Notes: generated from the sequence alone by a model not told the origin. Positions 39,149 to 52,570 are shown, numbered from the stretch's first letter. The stretch: 64,000 bases of DNA from Octopus vulgaris (GCA_951406725.2 OX597817.1:160022001-160086000); one strand, 5' to 3'. Program-made: numbers and translations.

Positions 39149-39403
39149 ATTTATTTCTTTATTACCCACAAGGGGCTAAACACAGAGGGGACAAACAAGG
39201 ACAGACAAACGGATTAAGTCGCTTATATCGACCCCAGTGCGTAACTGGTACTTATTTAATCAACCACGAAATGATGAAAGGCAAAGTCGACCCCGAAAGG
39301 ATGAAAGGCAAAGTCGACCTCGGCGGAATTTGAGCTCAGAATGAAACGGCAGACAAAATATGGCTACGCATTTCACCCAGCGTGCTAAGGTTTCTGCCAG
39401 CTC
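39149..39403 (-). mobile_element. Family B (Nin-like) SINE with the AATAAAGAAAT tail
   Basis: TTTCTTTATTACCCACAAGGGGCTAAAC...GGATGAAAGGCAAAGTCGACC. Contains a small internal duplication. Confidence 0.88.
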
Positions 39404-39583
39404 AGTATTGGCTGCATCGTCTTTTTCTACATAAGTTGTTCATTACTGCTTTGCCGGGAATCTGACAGAGATTACATTGAAGCTATTCCTGTTATAGTGG
39501 GAATACAATATGACAGGGTTAAGGAGCAGATCAAAGACAACAAATTGTAAGTTAATTCCTAAAACAACATCCTACAGAAACTA

Positions 39584-40096
39584 TCATAAATCCTCGAGTA
39601 TAGTCCGCCCCTGAGTATAATATGCAGGGGATTTTTAGGGAGCTGTACCTTTGAAAAACCTAAACCTTGTGTATAATACGCACCCCTTCTCTATCTTGAG
39701 TCAAGGAGGTCTATATAACGTCCTTGGTTTGTAAAAATGTATACAGTAACATCCTTTATTATTATTGTATATATAGCATAATGCAAACGTGTAGCTTTTT
39801 TTGTGCATTTTGTTTGCAGAAAATAAAGAAATAACAGTAATAACGTTTAATAAATGTTGCTTACTGCAAGTTATAGATGATTCTTTTATGACTTCATTGC
39901 TTTCAGGTTTAGCTTAAGGTATTTTTGCGCCCAACATCACAAAATGCGTCTGAATAAACATTGCCGGACAGCAAATAGAGACTCGAACATTGCTTAGAAA
40001 ATATTTTTCATTTTTAACCTTGTATATAGTACTCACTAGGGATTTTGACCTTTAAATTTTGGGAAAAATATGCGGATTATACTCGAGGATTTACGG
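39584..40096 (-). mobile_element. Tc2-like MITE, copy 3 (inverted)
   Basis: TA-TCATAAATCCTCGAGTATAGTCCGC...GCGGATTATACTCGAGGATTTACGG-TA. Confidence 0.9.
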
Positions 40097-41018
40097 TAGT
40101 CAACTCCAAATGAGGAAACACAACCCACACATTAAGATCTATTGCTCTTGCCTTGTTCTTTTCTTCTACAGCATATGCATGTCTAGTCTGGGAGAGATCA
40201 AGCCATACCAAGAAACTTGGCATCTGATCACTGATTGCATGAAATCCACTGACACAAACAACCTGCACCTCCTTGCTAGAATTGCCCTTGCTAATATCTA
40301 ACAGGAAGTAGTTATTTAAATTGTGATGACTAGAGCTATTTGTGATGAATACTGATTCCTTCATGGATATCAGCCTCCAGCCTAATGATTCAAATGATGA
40401 AGAAGCTTTCTTAGCCATGTCCAGCACCTGGCAACATCTTGAGACAAAACCAGGATCTACCACTGAGCAGAAAAGCTTGACAATGATCTTCTTCCATTTG
40501 ACATGGGAACCCCCACTGTTGAAGTCCTCCCTCTCAGCTCAGAAGCTCCATGAACTCAATGAAAGACACGCCCCCTCTTGAAAACAAGAATGGAGCAATC
40601 AAAAATTGCTTTGGTCAGATGAGGGATTACAAGACTGAGACAACCACCTCCAAAATGTGGAGAATCACACCATATTATGGAGCATTGCTTTGTCTCCCTC
40701 TACTATCCAACCCCTGCAGCTCAAGAGACCTTTTTGAGTTCAATAAAATGCAAAGAACTGTGTAAAGAAATGGGAAACTCATATAACCATTATGCTCCAA
40801 AGAACTGTAAAAAGAAGTGTCTTAGATAATAATTTTTTTTTTCAACCCGCTATGTTACATATGCAGATATATAGAAGCAGGCATAGTTGTGTGGTTTTGA
40901 GATCAGTCCTATTGAATATCATCTTGGATAAGGTTCTTTTACTATAGCCCAAGCCTTGTAAGTGGATTTAGCAGACAAAAAATTTAAGAAGCCCATCAAG
41001 TGTATATGAATGTGTGTT

Positions 41019-41057
<39 letters not shown>

Positions 41058-41904
41058 TACATAAAATAAAGGAATTCTCAAATGCAGGATGGCTATGAAG
41101 ATAGCTTTGAAAATTGGGTAAATACCCTTTAAAAGACGGAATTTGAGAAGTACAGGGTTCGATTCTTTGCAGAGGCTTTCTGGCCATTTTTTTCCCTCGT
41201 ACCTAAATCAGCCAGATTTGGTCTATCCTACAATGTCATTTTAAAAATAAGCAGCCAAATCTCCAAGCTACAAGGTAATGCATGATTAATATAAAACAAT
41301 GTGAATCAGTAAAAGTATTACATTTGACAGAGTAATCTGGATGCTAAAGGGTTAGGCTTTGCAATTCTTGGAGTTTTCCAGTTTATTATCACAGTTAGTA
41401 ATCATAAAAGTTGACAATATTTAATTAGCAAAATTCTTATCTTCTGTGTATTTGTCTACTACTACACTTACACATTGATCAGTCAGTTCACTCAATCATT
41501 ATCTTTAGATACCCTACATTTACAAACATGCATCTCCTAGGGATATGTAGATATAGAACAGGTGAAGATGATTAGAGATCAAAGCCATTGAAATGTAGTG
41601 TCACAGACAAATACACAAACAATTTTGATAAGGTCTGAAATCTAAGGTTTTATAGAAAATGCAGATAATTGAAAATTTTACTTATTTATCAATTATCAAA
41701 ATAATTGTGGTGAAAAATAGAGCTCCTTTTAACCATTTCCCTTCATTTAGGCAGCTTATGTCCCCAAAAAGTGTATGAGTGTCAGAACATTTTATTTTTC
41801 GACCTTCGAACGTTGGGCCTCACAGAGGCAATGACGAAAGACTGAAACCTCAGTTTAGGGTCCTCTAAATCCAACAGAGAAAACAACTGGTTCCTCCAAA
41901 ATCA

Positions 41905-42276
41905 TCCAGGGCAGTACTACCTCCTCCAGGCACTTGATGTAGGCCTCCATGTTGACTCTGAGGCTGTGTGGGAAGACGAATGGAGGCATAATGTCACCAT
42001 CACTAGTGATCACTCTAAACACCATGATGTTGACTGGATGTTTTGGAGACACGGCAAGCCAACGATTGTTCTGTGTCTTCAGCATCTATTTGTCAGGCAC
42101 TACAGCATGTCATTTCCAATCTTCTGGTGGGGTGAATTATGTCATGGTGCTGTTTTTCTTACAGATAGTGCCCAACTGACCCTACAATACTGTGTAGTCA
42201 GCAAAATCAAAGACAAATAATACACATGCATGAAATTGAAAATATCAAATGGTGACAATTTAACAATTACACCCTG
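41905..42276 (-). mobile_element. maT-like transposon 5' fragment, internally deleted
   Basis: Terminus CACCCTG-TA at 42270-42278. Encodes QNNRWLAVSP...IMVFRVITSDGDIMPPFVFPHSLRVNMEAYIKCLEEVVLPW. Confidence 0.8.
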
Positions 42277-42307
<31 letters not shown>

Positions 42308-43431
42308 ATGTATATATATATATATAAATAATAAATTATTAATTATCCCTCTATTTTTTTATCTTATTAAAAGTAAATAAATATCTATAAACCACAGTTT
42401 ACCTTGCAGTTGAGTATTAACTGTAATGTTCAACATCCTTTGTATAGGTAACTTACCTGTACTTTCATAGGATTTTGCTATTCCTTAATGATGTTTGTAA
42501 CCTTTATTTATGTGCATTTATATATATATATAACAAAAACAATTGCAGCGTGGAAGGTGTTTATAAGCCATTTAAGAAACACACAAAAACCGTTAGATTC
42601 ACTTCAACATTTAAGTTTAAATTGTCAAAATATTTTCGTTGCTTTGAGAGCGCGATCTGTTCACTGACAAAACTTCATGCTGCATCTCAAATCAGGTCAC
42701 TTGCTATGCAAGTACATCTCCGTATATATATATATATATATATATATTGAGCAATACAGAGAGAGACACACACAACCTGATCCACACTCAAGGCTTTGGT
42801 TGACCTGGAGCTATAGTAGAAGACACTTCCCCAATGAACCACTCAGTAGGACTGAAGGAATAACCATGTTGTTGGTAAGCAAGCTCTCCAACTACATAAC
42901 CCCAAGCTACTTGATAAGAAGATCCTTTTTGCTGTTGACTTTGAACTCCCTTTTTTTTGTGTATGTGATGAAATCAATATTTGTAATATGTTATGGTTTA
43001 TCAACAAAAAAGTAGTAAGGGGTCGGTCTGAGTTTGTTGGTTGTCCTTCCCCTACATCTCCTATTTTAGTCTGCCTTGTAAGTTTTGATTGTGGCTGTGT
43101 TAAAGGCAGAAAAAAACAACCCAGTCAGAACATCAAATTTATTATTGTTTCTGCTCTTCAACTAACATTGGTAATGTGTGTGAGTGTACATTCCAGCATT
43201 CGTAATGTGTTCACATGCCAACACCGAGTTGGCACTTATGAAGACATTAATAATGTGGCAGCTATTGTATGCATGTTTTGTTTTATGTTCATCTGGATTG
43301 AACTGGAAGGAATAGGTTTTGGCATTAATATTGAGCCCTGGGTCATCTCAAAATGAGCAAACATTTGATCAGCGGATTTCAAATCATATCCTGTCAATTT
43401 TTTCAGACTTGTCTTTTCTTTCTTTTATGGC

Positions 43432-43915
43432 ATGTTGTCTTGAGGAGGAAAATTTTTTTGGGGGTTGTGATTTCAGGGAAATTTTTAAGGCATGATTTAA
43501 GGAAGATTTTTAAGGATATGATTTGCAGGGAATTGTGAGGTGTTTGATTTGAGAGAAACAAGGTGAGATTTGAGAGGAATTTTTAAGGGTGTGGTTTAAG
43601 GGTATTTTTTAATGGTGTGATTTGAGGACAATTTTTAATGGAGTGATTCAGGGCAATATTTTATGATGTGATTTGAGGGTCGTTTTTAAGGCTGTGATTT
43701 GTGAAATATTTTAAGGGTGTGATTTGCAGAAAGTTTTCAAGGGTGTAGTTTGAGGGAAATTTTTTAGGGTATGATTTGAGGGAACTGTTTAGGGATATGA
43801 TTTGAGGGGAATTTTGAGGATGTGATTTGAGGTAAATTTTTACTGGTGTATTTTGAGAAAAATTTTTACTGGTGTAATTTGAGGAAAATTTTTACTGGTG
43901 TAATTTGAGGAAAAT
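43432..43915. repeat. Degenerate ~26-bp minisatellite, ~18 units
   Basis: Approximate consensus GTGATTTGAGGGAAATTTTTAAGGGT. Confidence 0.85.
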
Positions 43916-44290
43916 TCAACTGCAGTTTCTGACAAGCTGAGTGACTATGCAATAGTTTCTTTGTTGACTCATAGGAAGAAGAATGTGTTAAATTAATGTT
44001 GTACTATGATTCTGGAGTGTCATACATGAATCTGAAATGAGAAAGAATAGAGTCTTAGAATAGCATCATAGCAGCGATCTGGGAATGGTGTAGGCTGATG
44101 TATCCATGTGTTTAGGATATATAGAAAGGCAGGGCTTGTGTGAATGTAGAATTTGCTGCTGCAACAAGCTGCAGTCCTCACATGCCTAAGAAGTTTTAGT
44201 TTGGACATTAGAGAGTGAGCCACAGAGAAGGAAGTTGAAATTTTGGAAATTTGTATATGGTATTTGCTACACTTTTACTTGTTTAAGTTT

Positions 44291-44490
44291 GTGGAGGCGC
44301 AATGGCCCAGTGGTTAGGGCAGCGGACTTGTGGTCATAGGATCGCGGTTTCGATTCCCAGACCGGGCGTTGTGAGTGTTTATTGAGCGAAAACACCTAAA
44401 AGCTCCACGAGGCTCCGGCAGGGGATGCAGGCTGTTCCGTTGATTCGGATCAACTGGAACCCTCATCGTCGTAACTGACGGAGTGCTTCC
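44291..44490 (+). mobile_element. SINE family D variant with a different 3' tail
   Basis: Same head as 7722-7951 up to GGCTCCGGCAGGGG, then an unrelated tail ...CCCTCATCGTCGTAACTGACGGAGTG. Confidence 0.8.
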
Positions 44491-44492
44491 AC

Positions 44493-44912
44493 CACTTGTT
44501 TAAGTCATTTGACTGCGGCCATACTGGGGGACTGCCTTAAAAGGTTTTAGTCATAGAAATCAGCCCACCAAGATTTATTCTTTGTAAGCTTAGTACTTAC
44601 TCTATCAATCTCTTTTATGCCAAAGTGCGAAGTTGCAAGGATGTAAACACACCAAAATAGGTTGGTGGTGGAACAAACACAGGCACAAAGACAAACACAC
44701 ACACATATATATGTATATATATGTATATATATATGTGTGTCTGTGTGTATATGTATATGATGGGCTTCTTTCGGTTTCCATCTACCAAGTCCACTCACAA
44801 GGCTTTGGTCAGCCCAAGGCTATGGTAGAAGACACTTGCCCAAGGTGGTATGCAGTGAGATTGACCCTGGAACTATGTGGTTTGAAAGCAAGCATCTTAC
44901 CACACGGCCATG
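44493..44912 (-). mobile_element. SINE family A
   Basis: Family A motifs on the minus strand. Confidence 0.8.
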
Positions 44913-45199
44913 TTATAAGATAAATGAAAATCCCCAGGTTTCTTTACTTTGAATTCTTTTTTTATTAAAAAATTATCTTTTACTTGTTTTAGTTATAGGA
45001 TTGTGGCCATGCTGTGGCACTCTCTTGAAGGATTTAGCTGAACAATTTGACACCTGTTCTTTCTTTCTATTTTTCTAAAATCTGGTACATATTCTATACA
45101 CACATGTGTGTGTGTGTATATATATATATATACATATATATATACACACATGTGTGTGTGTATATATATATATACATATATATACACACACACATATGT

Positions 45200-45372
45200 G
45201 TACGCATTTTTTTCTCTCCTTGTTTTTTTCTGTGTATCTTTCTGTCAAAGAGCGTAGGCTCGAAACGTAAAAGACTTTTCTATTTCTATTCCTGAGTGCT
45301 ATACTAATACATTTGTTTGTTTGTACTCCACCTGCCTTTGTCTTTTGCTTATTTTCGTAAACCTTCCCATTA
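45200..45372 (+). mobile_element. Copy of the 19600-19800 repeat with a variant hammerhead-like motif
   Basis: TCTTT-CTGTCAA-A-GAGC-GTAG-GCTC-GAAAC-GTA-AAAGA at 45237-45274. Confidence 0.55.
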
Positions 45373-45377
45373 TATAT

Positions 45378-45792
45378 TTCATTTCATTTCATTTCATTTG
45401 GGTTTGAGTCCATGCTCAGGCCAAGTCGAAGACTCCACCCTCAGAGTCTGGTGTGGTTGCCAGGTTGTATTCTCTGCTTAAATTTGACATGTGTAGGAGC
45501 GAGTTTGAGTCAGTTTGTGCTCGTTGTGTATATCCTGGGAGATGGGGTTCATCTCTAATGGTGCTTAAGTATCTATCCAGTTGCAATTTGAATGATTCCA
45601 CACTGCATCCTGATAGATTTCTGACATGTACCGGAATGGAGTTGAACAGTTGTGCTCCTCGAACCAACAGACTTGATTCTCGCAGGGTTTTTGCTGCCTG
45701 GCCAGCCTTTTTGTTGATTGGTGGCAGCTGGCAGCGTCTTCCGTGGCGCAGTGAGTGGTAGGTTTTGATACCAAAGTTTGGCACCTTCTGCT
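45378..45792 (-). mobile_element. CR1/L2-group LINE, 5'-truncated 3' end with open frame
   Basis: VPNFGIKTYHSLRHGRRC...RGAQLFNSIP...FKLQLDRYLSTIRDEP...SNSLLHM, stop at 45416, (GAAAT)n tail. Confidence 0.8.
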
Positions 45793-46037
45793 CTATATAA
45801 TCATTTGAAATAGTCAATTCAAATAAACAATCAATTAAAAAAAAACGAATAATAAAATTTTAAATCTGTGCACAGATGAGAGGATGTGCACAAGGTATGT
45901 ATTAGCTTGACGCTCAGTGAAAAGAGAGAGTTTGATGTTTCGAGCATAGCTCTTTGTTGCAAAGGAGAAAGGGAAAAGTCCTAAGAAGGAAAGGAAATTG
46001 CCAACAGCATGTATGTGGTTACATTGATATATATATC

Positions 46038-46610
46038 AGCCTCACCTGGCCCCCGTGCCAGTGACACGTAAAAGCACCATCCGTTCGTGGCCATTTGCCA
46101 GCTCTGTCTGGCCCCCGTGTCGGTGGCACGTAAAAGCACCATCCGTTTGTGACTGTTTGCCAGCTCTGTCTGGCCCCCGTGTCGGTGGCACGTAAAAGCA
46201 CCATCCGTTTGTGACTGTTTGCCAGCTCTGTCTGGCCCCCGTGTCGGTGGCACGTAAAAGCACCATCCGTTTGTGACTGTTTGCCAGCTCTGTCTGGCCC
46301 CCGTGTCGGTGGCACGTAAAAGCACCATCCGTTCGTGTCTGTTGCCAGCCTCGCCTGGGCCCCGTGCCGGTGACGCATAAAAGCACCATCCGTTTGTGGC
46401 CGTTTGCCAGCTCTGTCTGGCACCTGTGCGGGTGGCACGTAAAAAGCACCCACTTCACTCACGGAGTGGTTGGCGTTAGGAAGGGCATCCAGCCGTAGAA
46501 ACACTGCCAGATCTGACTGGGCCTGATGAAGCCTTCCAGCTTCACAGACCCCAGTTGAACCGTCCAACCCATGCTAGAATGGAAAACGGACGCTAAATGA
46601 TGATGATGAT
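46038..46610 (+). mobile_element. Family E element with six ~62-bp 5' units
   Basis: CCATCC units at 46077, 46139, 46201, 46263, 46325 and 46386. Family E body and (GAT)n tail. Confidence 0.88.
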
Positions 46611-47101
46611 ATATATATCACCAGGCTTCTTTCAGCCTCTGTCTCTACCAAAACCAAATCCACTCACAAGGCTTTGATTGGCCTGAGGCTATAGTAGAAG
46701 ACACTTGCCCGAGGTGTCATGCAGTCGATTGAACTGAAGTCCATGTGGTTGGGAAGCCTAACCATACAGCCACAGAGAAAAAAAACACAAATTAAAAATG
46801 ATGGATGTTTTTTAAGTATCTAAGTAGCAATCCCTTGAATAAATTACACATGTGTGTCAGTAGGTTGCGATACTGTGCAAAAAATAAAATAAAAAAAGAA
46901 ACCAAACAAAAAAAAAAATTTGTCTTTGTTGTTGTTTTTGTTGCTGCTGTTGTTGTTGTTACCTGAGAAAAAGAAAGAAAATCTTCACTGATAATATTTT
47001 GAAACTGGGACACGTTTGTATATGTATGTGTATGTATGCATATATTTGCATCTATGTACCTGTGTCATTATCAATAATCAGTCATTCTTTTTCTCTCTCT
47101 C

Positions 47102-47132
<31 letters not shown>

Positions 47133-47782
47133 CTCCCTTATAGACATATATATAGGGAGTCCCTCCCCCCACACACCCACACACGCATATGAGTATGTGG
47201 TATGTGAGTGTCTGCCTGTAGGTGACTGTGTTTGTACACATACCAGCGAAAACTAAGGTATGTAATTAAACACATAGCTACCTATAAACACGTGTACATA
47301 GCACACTACATACTGTGTGCACATTGAATATTTTAATACTTATTCTACATAAGCTACACCATATATACATCGTATACATCATCATCGTCATTTAATGTCT
47401 GTTTTCCACTCTGACTTGCTTTAAACTGTCATCATCATCATCATCATCATCATCATCAACATTATTTTCATCATCGTTTTAACATCCATTTTTCCCTGCT
47501 TGCATGGGTTGGACAGATTTAATTGAATCCAATTTTGTACAGCTGGGTGCCTTTTCTGTCACCAGCCCTTACCGGCTTCCAAGCCAGGTGACATTTCCCC
47601 ATGGTCAGACATATCTTTTCAGAATATCAGAAAGACAATAACAATTGTTTACAGCTATCATGTGATGTTAAGACAGCAAGAGAGAGAGAGAGAGAGAGAG
47701 AAGGAGAGAGAGTGAGAGAGAGAGAGAGACACACACACACACATACATACTCTCACATATATACACACATATACATACATAT

Positions 47783-47830
<48 letters not shown>

Positions 47831-47870
47831 TTGTATGTGTGTATATATATATACACACATATATACACAC

Positions 47871-48098
47871 AGCGGTGAGCTGGCAGAAATGTTAGTGCGC
47901 CGGGCAAAATGCGTAGCCGTATTTCATCTGTCGTTACGTTCCGAGTTCAAATTCCACCGAGGTCGACTTTGCCTTTCATCCTTTCGGGGTCGATAAATTA
48001 AGTACCAGTTACGCACTGGGGTCGATGTAATCGACTTAATCCCTTTGTCTGTCCTTGTTTGTCCCATCTATGTTTAGCTCCTTGTGGGTAGTAAAGAA

Positions 48099-48100
<2 letters not shown>
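47871..48100 (+). mobile_element. Family B (Nin-like) SINE, full length
   Basis: GCGGTGAGCTGGCAGAAATGTTAG...GAGTTCAAATTCC...GCCTTTCATCCTTTCGGGGTCGATAAATTAAGTACCAG (Nin-domain-like)...TTGTGGGTAGTAAAGAAAT. Confidence 0.9.
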
Positions 48101-48133
<33 letters not shown>

Positions 48134-49317
48134 CTCTTTAAGGTGGTGCTCCAGCATGGTCACAGTGAAATGACTAAAAGAATATATATCAGTATTATCA
48201 TCATCAGCATCACCAACATTTTTAACTATCACTTTTGCATGGGTCAAATAAAGTTCATTGAGACACGTTCTCTACAGCTGGATGCTCTTCCTGTGACCAA
48301 CCCGTACCTGTTTCCAAACTAAGTAATATTTTCCTTTATCCTTCAAGCATGAACAGTAAAATGGCTGGATAGGTTTTCATGGAACACAGTAAATGAATGA
48401 CTAGGAGACACTAACACACACACATGCACGCATACACACACACACACACAAATGAGATTCTTTCAGTTTCCATCGATCAAATGCAATCACAAGGCTTTGG
48501 GCACCCCATAGCTTTGGCAGAAGTTACTTATTGAAGATGCTGAGCAGTATGGATGGACATGAAACCCTGTAGTTGTGAAGCAAACTTCTGAAACTCAATT
48601 CAAGTTAGAATCAATTGGCACTTTTCTTCACCTAATGCTTGTAATATTTCCATTTGTCAAGACAAAACAGAGACTGAATCTTGCTCCGATCTACACAGGT
48701 ACATGGAGATGTGATATGTGAAGATCGATAGTGTTTTATTAGTCAATTAGTGTTGTGCAACTCTTGTCATTTGTTGATGGTGGGTTTTTTTTGCTTTGGT
48801 TAAGAAGAACAACCTTTTTCACCTCTTTTACTATCATTAATCAATCGGTTAACCATTTAACCAATTAACTAATCAATTGTCTGATAATTCAGTCAATCAA
48901 TCAATCAGCTTGATTTCACAATGTCTTTTTGTTATCATCTGCAACTTCATAAGTGGCATGCCTTCTTCTGCTCCAGGTCTGTCTGTCTAACCTCTTTATG
49001 CTTTAAATTGCCAATATTCCGTTCTATAGCTTTGATGGTGATCACAATACCCTGTCTATCACATTTCTCTAAATTGTTTCAAGCTGAAAAAGCGTTTGTG
49101 TGAATGTTTTTTTTTAAAATTTTATATATGAATTTGCTTTTTGCAAATGATAATGGTGCTGCTAATGTAAAATTCTACACATTATTTCCATACATTCATA
49201 TATAGATTTTGTGTGTGTGTGTGTGTGTGTGTATGTATATGACAATCTTCACACAGTTTCCGTCCTTCAAATTTACTCACAAGCTGTTGGTTGACTTAGG
49301 GTTATCTTAGGAGATTC

Positions 49318-49700
49318 TTATTTCTTTATTGCCCACAAGGGGCTAAACATAGAGGGGACAAACAAGGACAGACAAAGGGATTAAATTGATTACATCGGCC
49401 CCAGTGCATAACTGGGACTTTATTTATCGACTCCCTAAAGGATGAAAGGCAAAGTCAGCAGATGAAATACCTATTTCTTCACTACCCACAAGGGGCTAAA
49501 CACAGAGAGGACAAACAAGGACAGACAAACGGATTAAGTCGATTATATCGGCCTCATTGCGTAACTGGTACTTAATTTATTGACCCCGAAAGGATGAAAG
49601 GCAATGTCAACCTCGACAGAATTTGAACTCAGAATGTAACGGCAGATGAAATACCGCTAAGCATTTTGCCCGGCGCTCTAACCTTTTTGCCAGCCCACTG
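49318..49700 (-). mobile_element. Family B SINE with a duplicated 3' portion, inserted in a SINE A relic
   Basis: Two CCCACAAGGGGCTAAAC tails joined by GCAGATGAAATACCTATTTC. Confidence 0.85.
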
Positions 49701-50883
49701 CCAAGAATCATAGGAGATTCTTGCCTGAGGTGCTGCACAGTTGGACTGAACCTGAAGCCATATGATTGTAAAGCAAGCTTCTTAGCCAAACAGCCATGTC
49801 TACACCTATTTTAAGAATAGGGGTTGAATCCCAGAAGTCCTGCAATACCAGGCTAACCTGTAACAATGGCAGAGCAAGCCTAACTGTTTGCTTTGTTATA
49901 AAAATTAGTTTAATATCGATAGCCCCCAAAAGGGACCAGATCAGATATTAAGCTGAGAAGAAATTTATTCAATGCTAGACAATTGTAAACAACGACTCGT
50001 TATGGAACCAACAAAGGAGTCTTTATGACTGTGGTTTCCAACCTTCTCACTAAAAATGGCCCCTTTTATTTAAATGAAATTTCCCATGGACCCCAAACAT
50101 ATGAATGGTCTGTCTACCCAATAACCCAGTTTTATTAACCAACAACAAACTCGTTTTTCAAGTTTCATCCCTCTCTCAGAAGTTAGCTTTTATCCAGACT
50201 TGTTTCAATCATTTGAATGTGGTCATGCTGGAGCACTGTTTTGTAGGGTTTTCTTTGTTGAACAAACTGATTCCAGTACTTACGTGTTTTTTTTTGTTTG
50301 TTTTTTAAAGTCATCTGCTTACTCTATCAGTCTCTTTACCTGAACTGCTATGTTATGGTTGTCAAGTGGTCATCAGGTGTGTGGTGAACACAGACACAAA
50401 TGTGCACACTTAACACATGTTTGTCAGCCAAAGGTTATAACAGAAGGGTCTCTTATGTCAGGTGGTGCCCCAAAAGACCAAAACTGAAAACCTGGGATTA
50501 AGAAGTGAAATTTTTAATAAACACAGCCATACCTGCTGATATATATATATATATATATATTCTACTTGCATCTCTCTATCTTTTCCTCTCACCCACATAC
50601 ACTCACCAGAACTGCAGTTTTCTGCTCTGTTATAACCAGAAATGGCTTTGATGAAATTAGCATTAATCTTTTTAGGTCATTTAATTTTTCGTTATTGATC
50701 AATAGACTAATTAAGTAAACCTATCAGTAATGTACCTATAATGATTACTGGAAACAGTTGTAAGCCAAGTTTTCTCCAATAAAGGAAAAATATGTAATGA
50801 CCACTATTTTTAACTTGTTTTATATGTATGTATTTATGTATGTATGAATGTATGTACATATGTATGTATTTTATTCTTTTATT

Positions 50884-51281
50884 CTTTTACTTGTTTCAGT
50901 CATTTGACTGCAGCCATGCTGGAGCACCGCCTTTAATCAAGCAACTCGACCCCGGAACTTATTCTTTTGTAAGCCCAGTACTTATTCTATCGGTCTCTTT
51001 TGCCGAACTGCTAAGTAACGGGGACATAAACACACCAGCATCGGTTGTCAAGCAATACTAGGGGGACAAACACAGACACACAAACACACACACGCATATA
51101 CATATATACATATATACGACGGGCTTTTTTCAGTTTCCATCTACCAAATCCACTCACAAGGCATCGGTTGGTCTGGAGCTATAGCAGAAGACACTTGCCC
51201 AATATGCCACGCAGTGGGACTGAACCCAGAACTATATGGTTGGTAAGCAAGCTACTTACCACACAGCCACTCCTGCGCCTA
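50884..51281 (-). mobile_element. SINE family A, full length
   Basis: Complete family A sequence on the minus strand. Confidence 0.9.
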
Positions 51282-51385
51282 TATTTAATTATAGTTTATG
51301 AGATACTTGTGAGAAAGCAAATAATCAGGAAAGGATTCAATATATATCTTATACTTGTACAAGTGCAAATATATTAACATACAAA

Positions 51386-51876
51386 GGTGCAGGAATGGCT
51401 GCGTGGTAAGTAGCTTGCTTACCAACCACATGGTTCCAGGTTCAGTCCCACTGCATAGCACCTTGTGCAAGGATGAATAGCTGTGTGGTAAGTAGCTTGC
51501 TTACCAACCACATGGTTCCAGGTTCAGTCCCACTGCATAGCACCTTGTGCAAGGATGAATAGCTGTGTGGTAAGTAGCTTGCTTACCAACCACATGGTTC
51601 CAGGTTCAGTCCCACTGCATAGCACCTTGTGCAAGGATGAATAGCTGTGTGGTAAGTAGCTTGCTTACCAACCACATGGTTCCAGGTTCAGTCCCACTGC
51701 ATAGCACCTTGTGCAAGGATGAATGGCTGTGTGGTAAGTAGCTTGCTTACCAACCACATGGTTCCAGGTTCAGTCCCACTGCATAGCACCTTGTGCAAGG
51801 ATCTTTTACTATATAGCCTAGGGCTGACCAAAGCCTTGTGAATGGATTTGGTAGACTGAAACTGAAAGAAGCCCGT

Positions 51877-51929
<53 letters not shown>

Positions 51930-52118
51930 ATGTGTGTGTGTGTGTGTGTGTGTTTGTGTATATGTTCCTCCCCCCACCATTGCTTAACAACTGATGTTGG
52001 TGTGTTTACATCTCCGTAACTTAGCAGTGTGGCAAAAGAGACCAACAGAACAAGTACTAGGCTTGGGGTCAATTCGTTCAACTAAAGCCAAATGACTGAA
52101 ACAAAGAAAAGAATAAAA
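51386..52118 (+). mobile_element. SINE family A with five tandem 82-bp copies of the tRNA-like head
   Basis: Units start at 51393, 51475, 51557, 51639 and 51721, followed by a normal body and tail. Confidence 0.92.
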
Positions 52119-52224
52119 GAAAACACACAAACAAAGCATTATGTTTTGACAATGAAACCTTGGTTATTATGCAAGTAAGTGTATGAGTTTGTGTGTGTGT
52201 TTTTGCATGTATGTGTATTAATGT

Positions 52225-52570
52225 ATCATCATCATCATCATCATCATCGTTTAACGTCCGTTCTCCATGCTAGCATGGGTTGGACGGTTCGACCGGGGAT
52301 CTGGGAAGCCAGAAGGCTGCACCAGGCTCCAGTCTTATCTGGCAATGTTTCTACAGCTGGAGGCCCTTCCTAACGCCAACCACTCCGTGAGTGTAGTGGG
52401 TGCATTTTACGTGCCACCTGCACAGGTGCCAGGCGAGGTTGGCAACGGCCACGGTCGGATTGGTGCATTTTATGTGCCACCGGCACGGAAGCCAGTCGAG
52501 GCAGCGCTGGCATCGGCCATGAGTCGGATAGTGCTTTTTACGTACCACCAGACCAGGGGTCCTGGCTGGT
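52225..52570 (-). mobile_element. Family E element
   Basis: Near-identical to the reverse complement of 23110-23442. Confidence 0.88.

Larger units (their letters stand above)
38010..40790 (+). pseudogene. Fragmented Ingi/Vingi-like LINE ORF interrupted by SINE A, SINE B and a MITE
   Basis: QGSVLIPLLYNIYTND...FVYANDFCITS...HANPVRTQVCEFLLRN (38276-38510). ETWHLITDCMKSTDTNNLHLLARIA (~40210-40290). Terminal CCHC-like remnant KCGE..IMEH...PLL..PC (~40655-40720). Confidence 0.75.

Noticed and set aside
42621-42672. Minus-strand fold with TTGTCA/TGACAA stem I and GAAA
   Set aside because: The core reads GTGAACA rather than CTGANGA. It may be a PLE-terminus variant but is too divergent to call.
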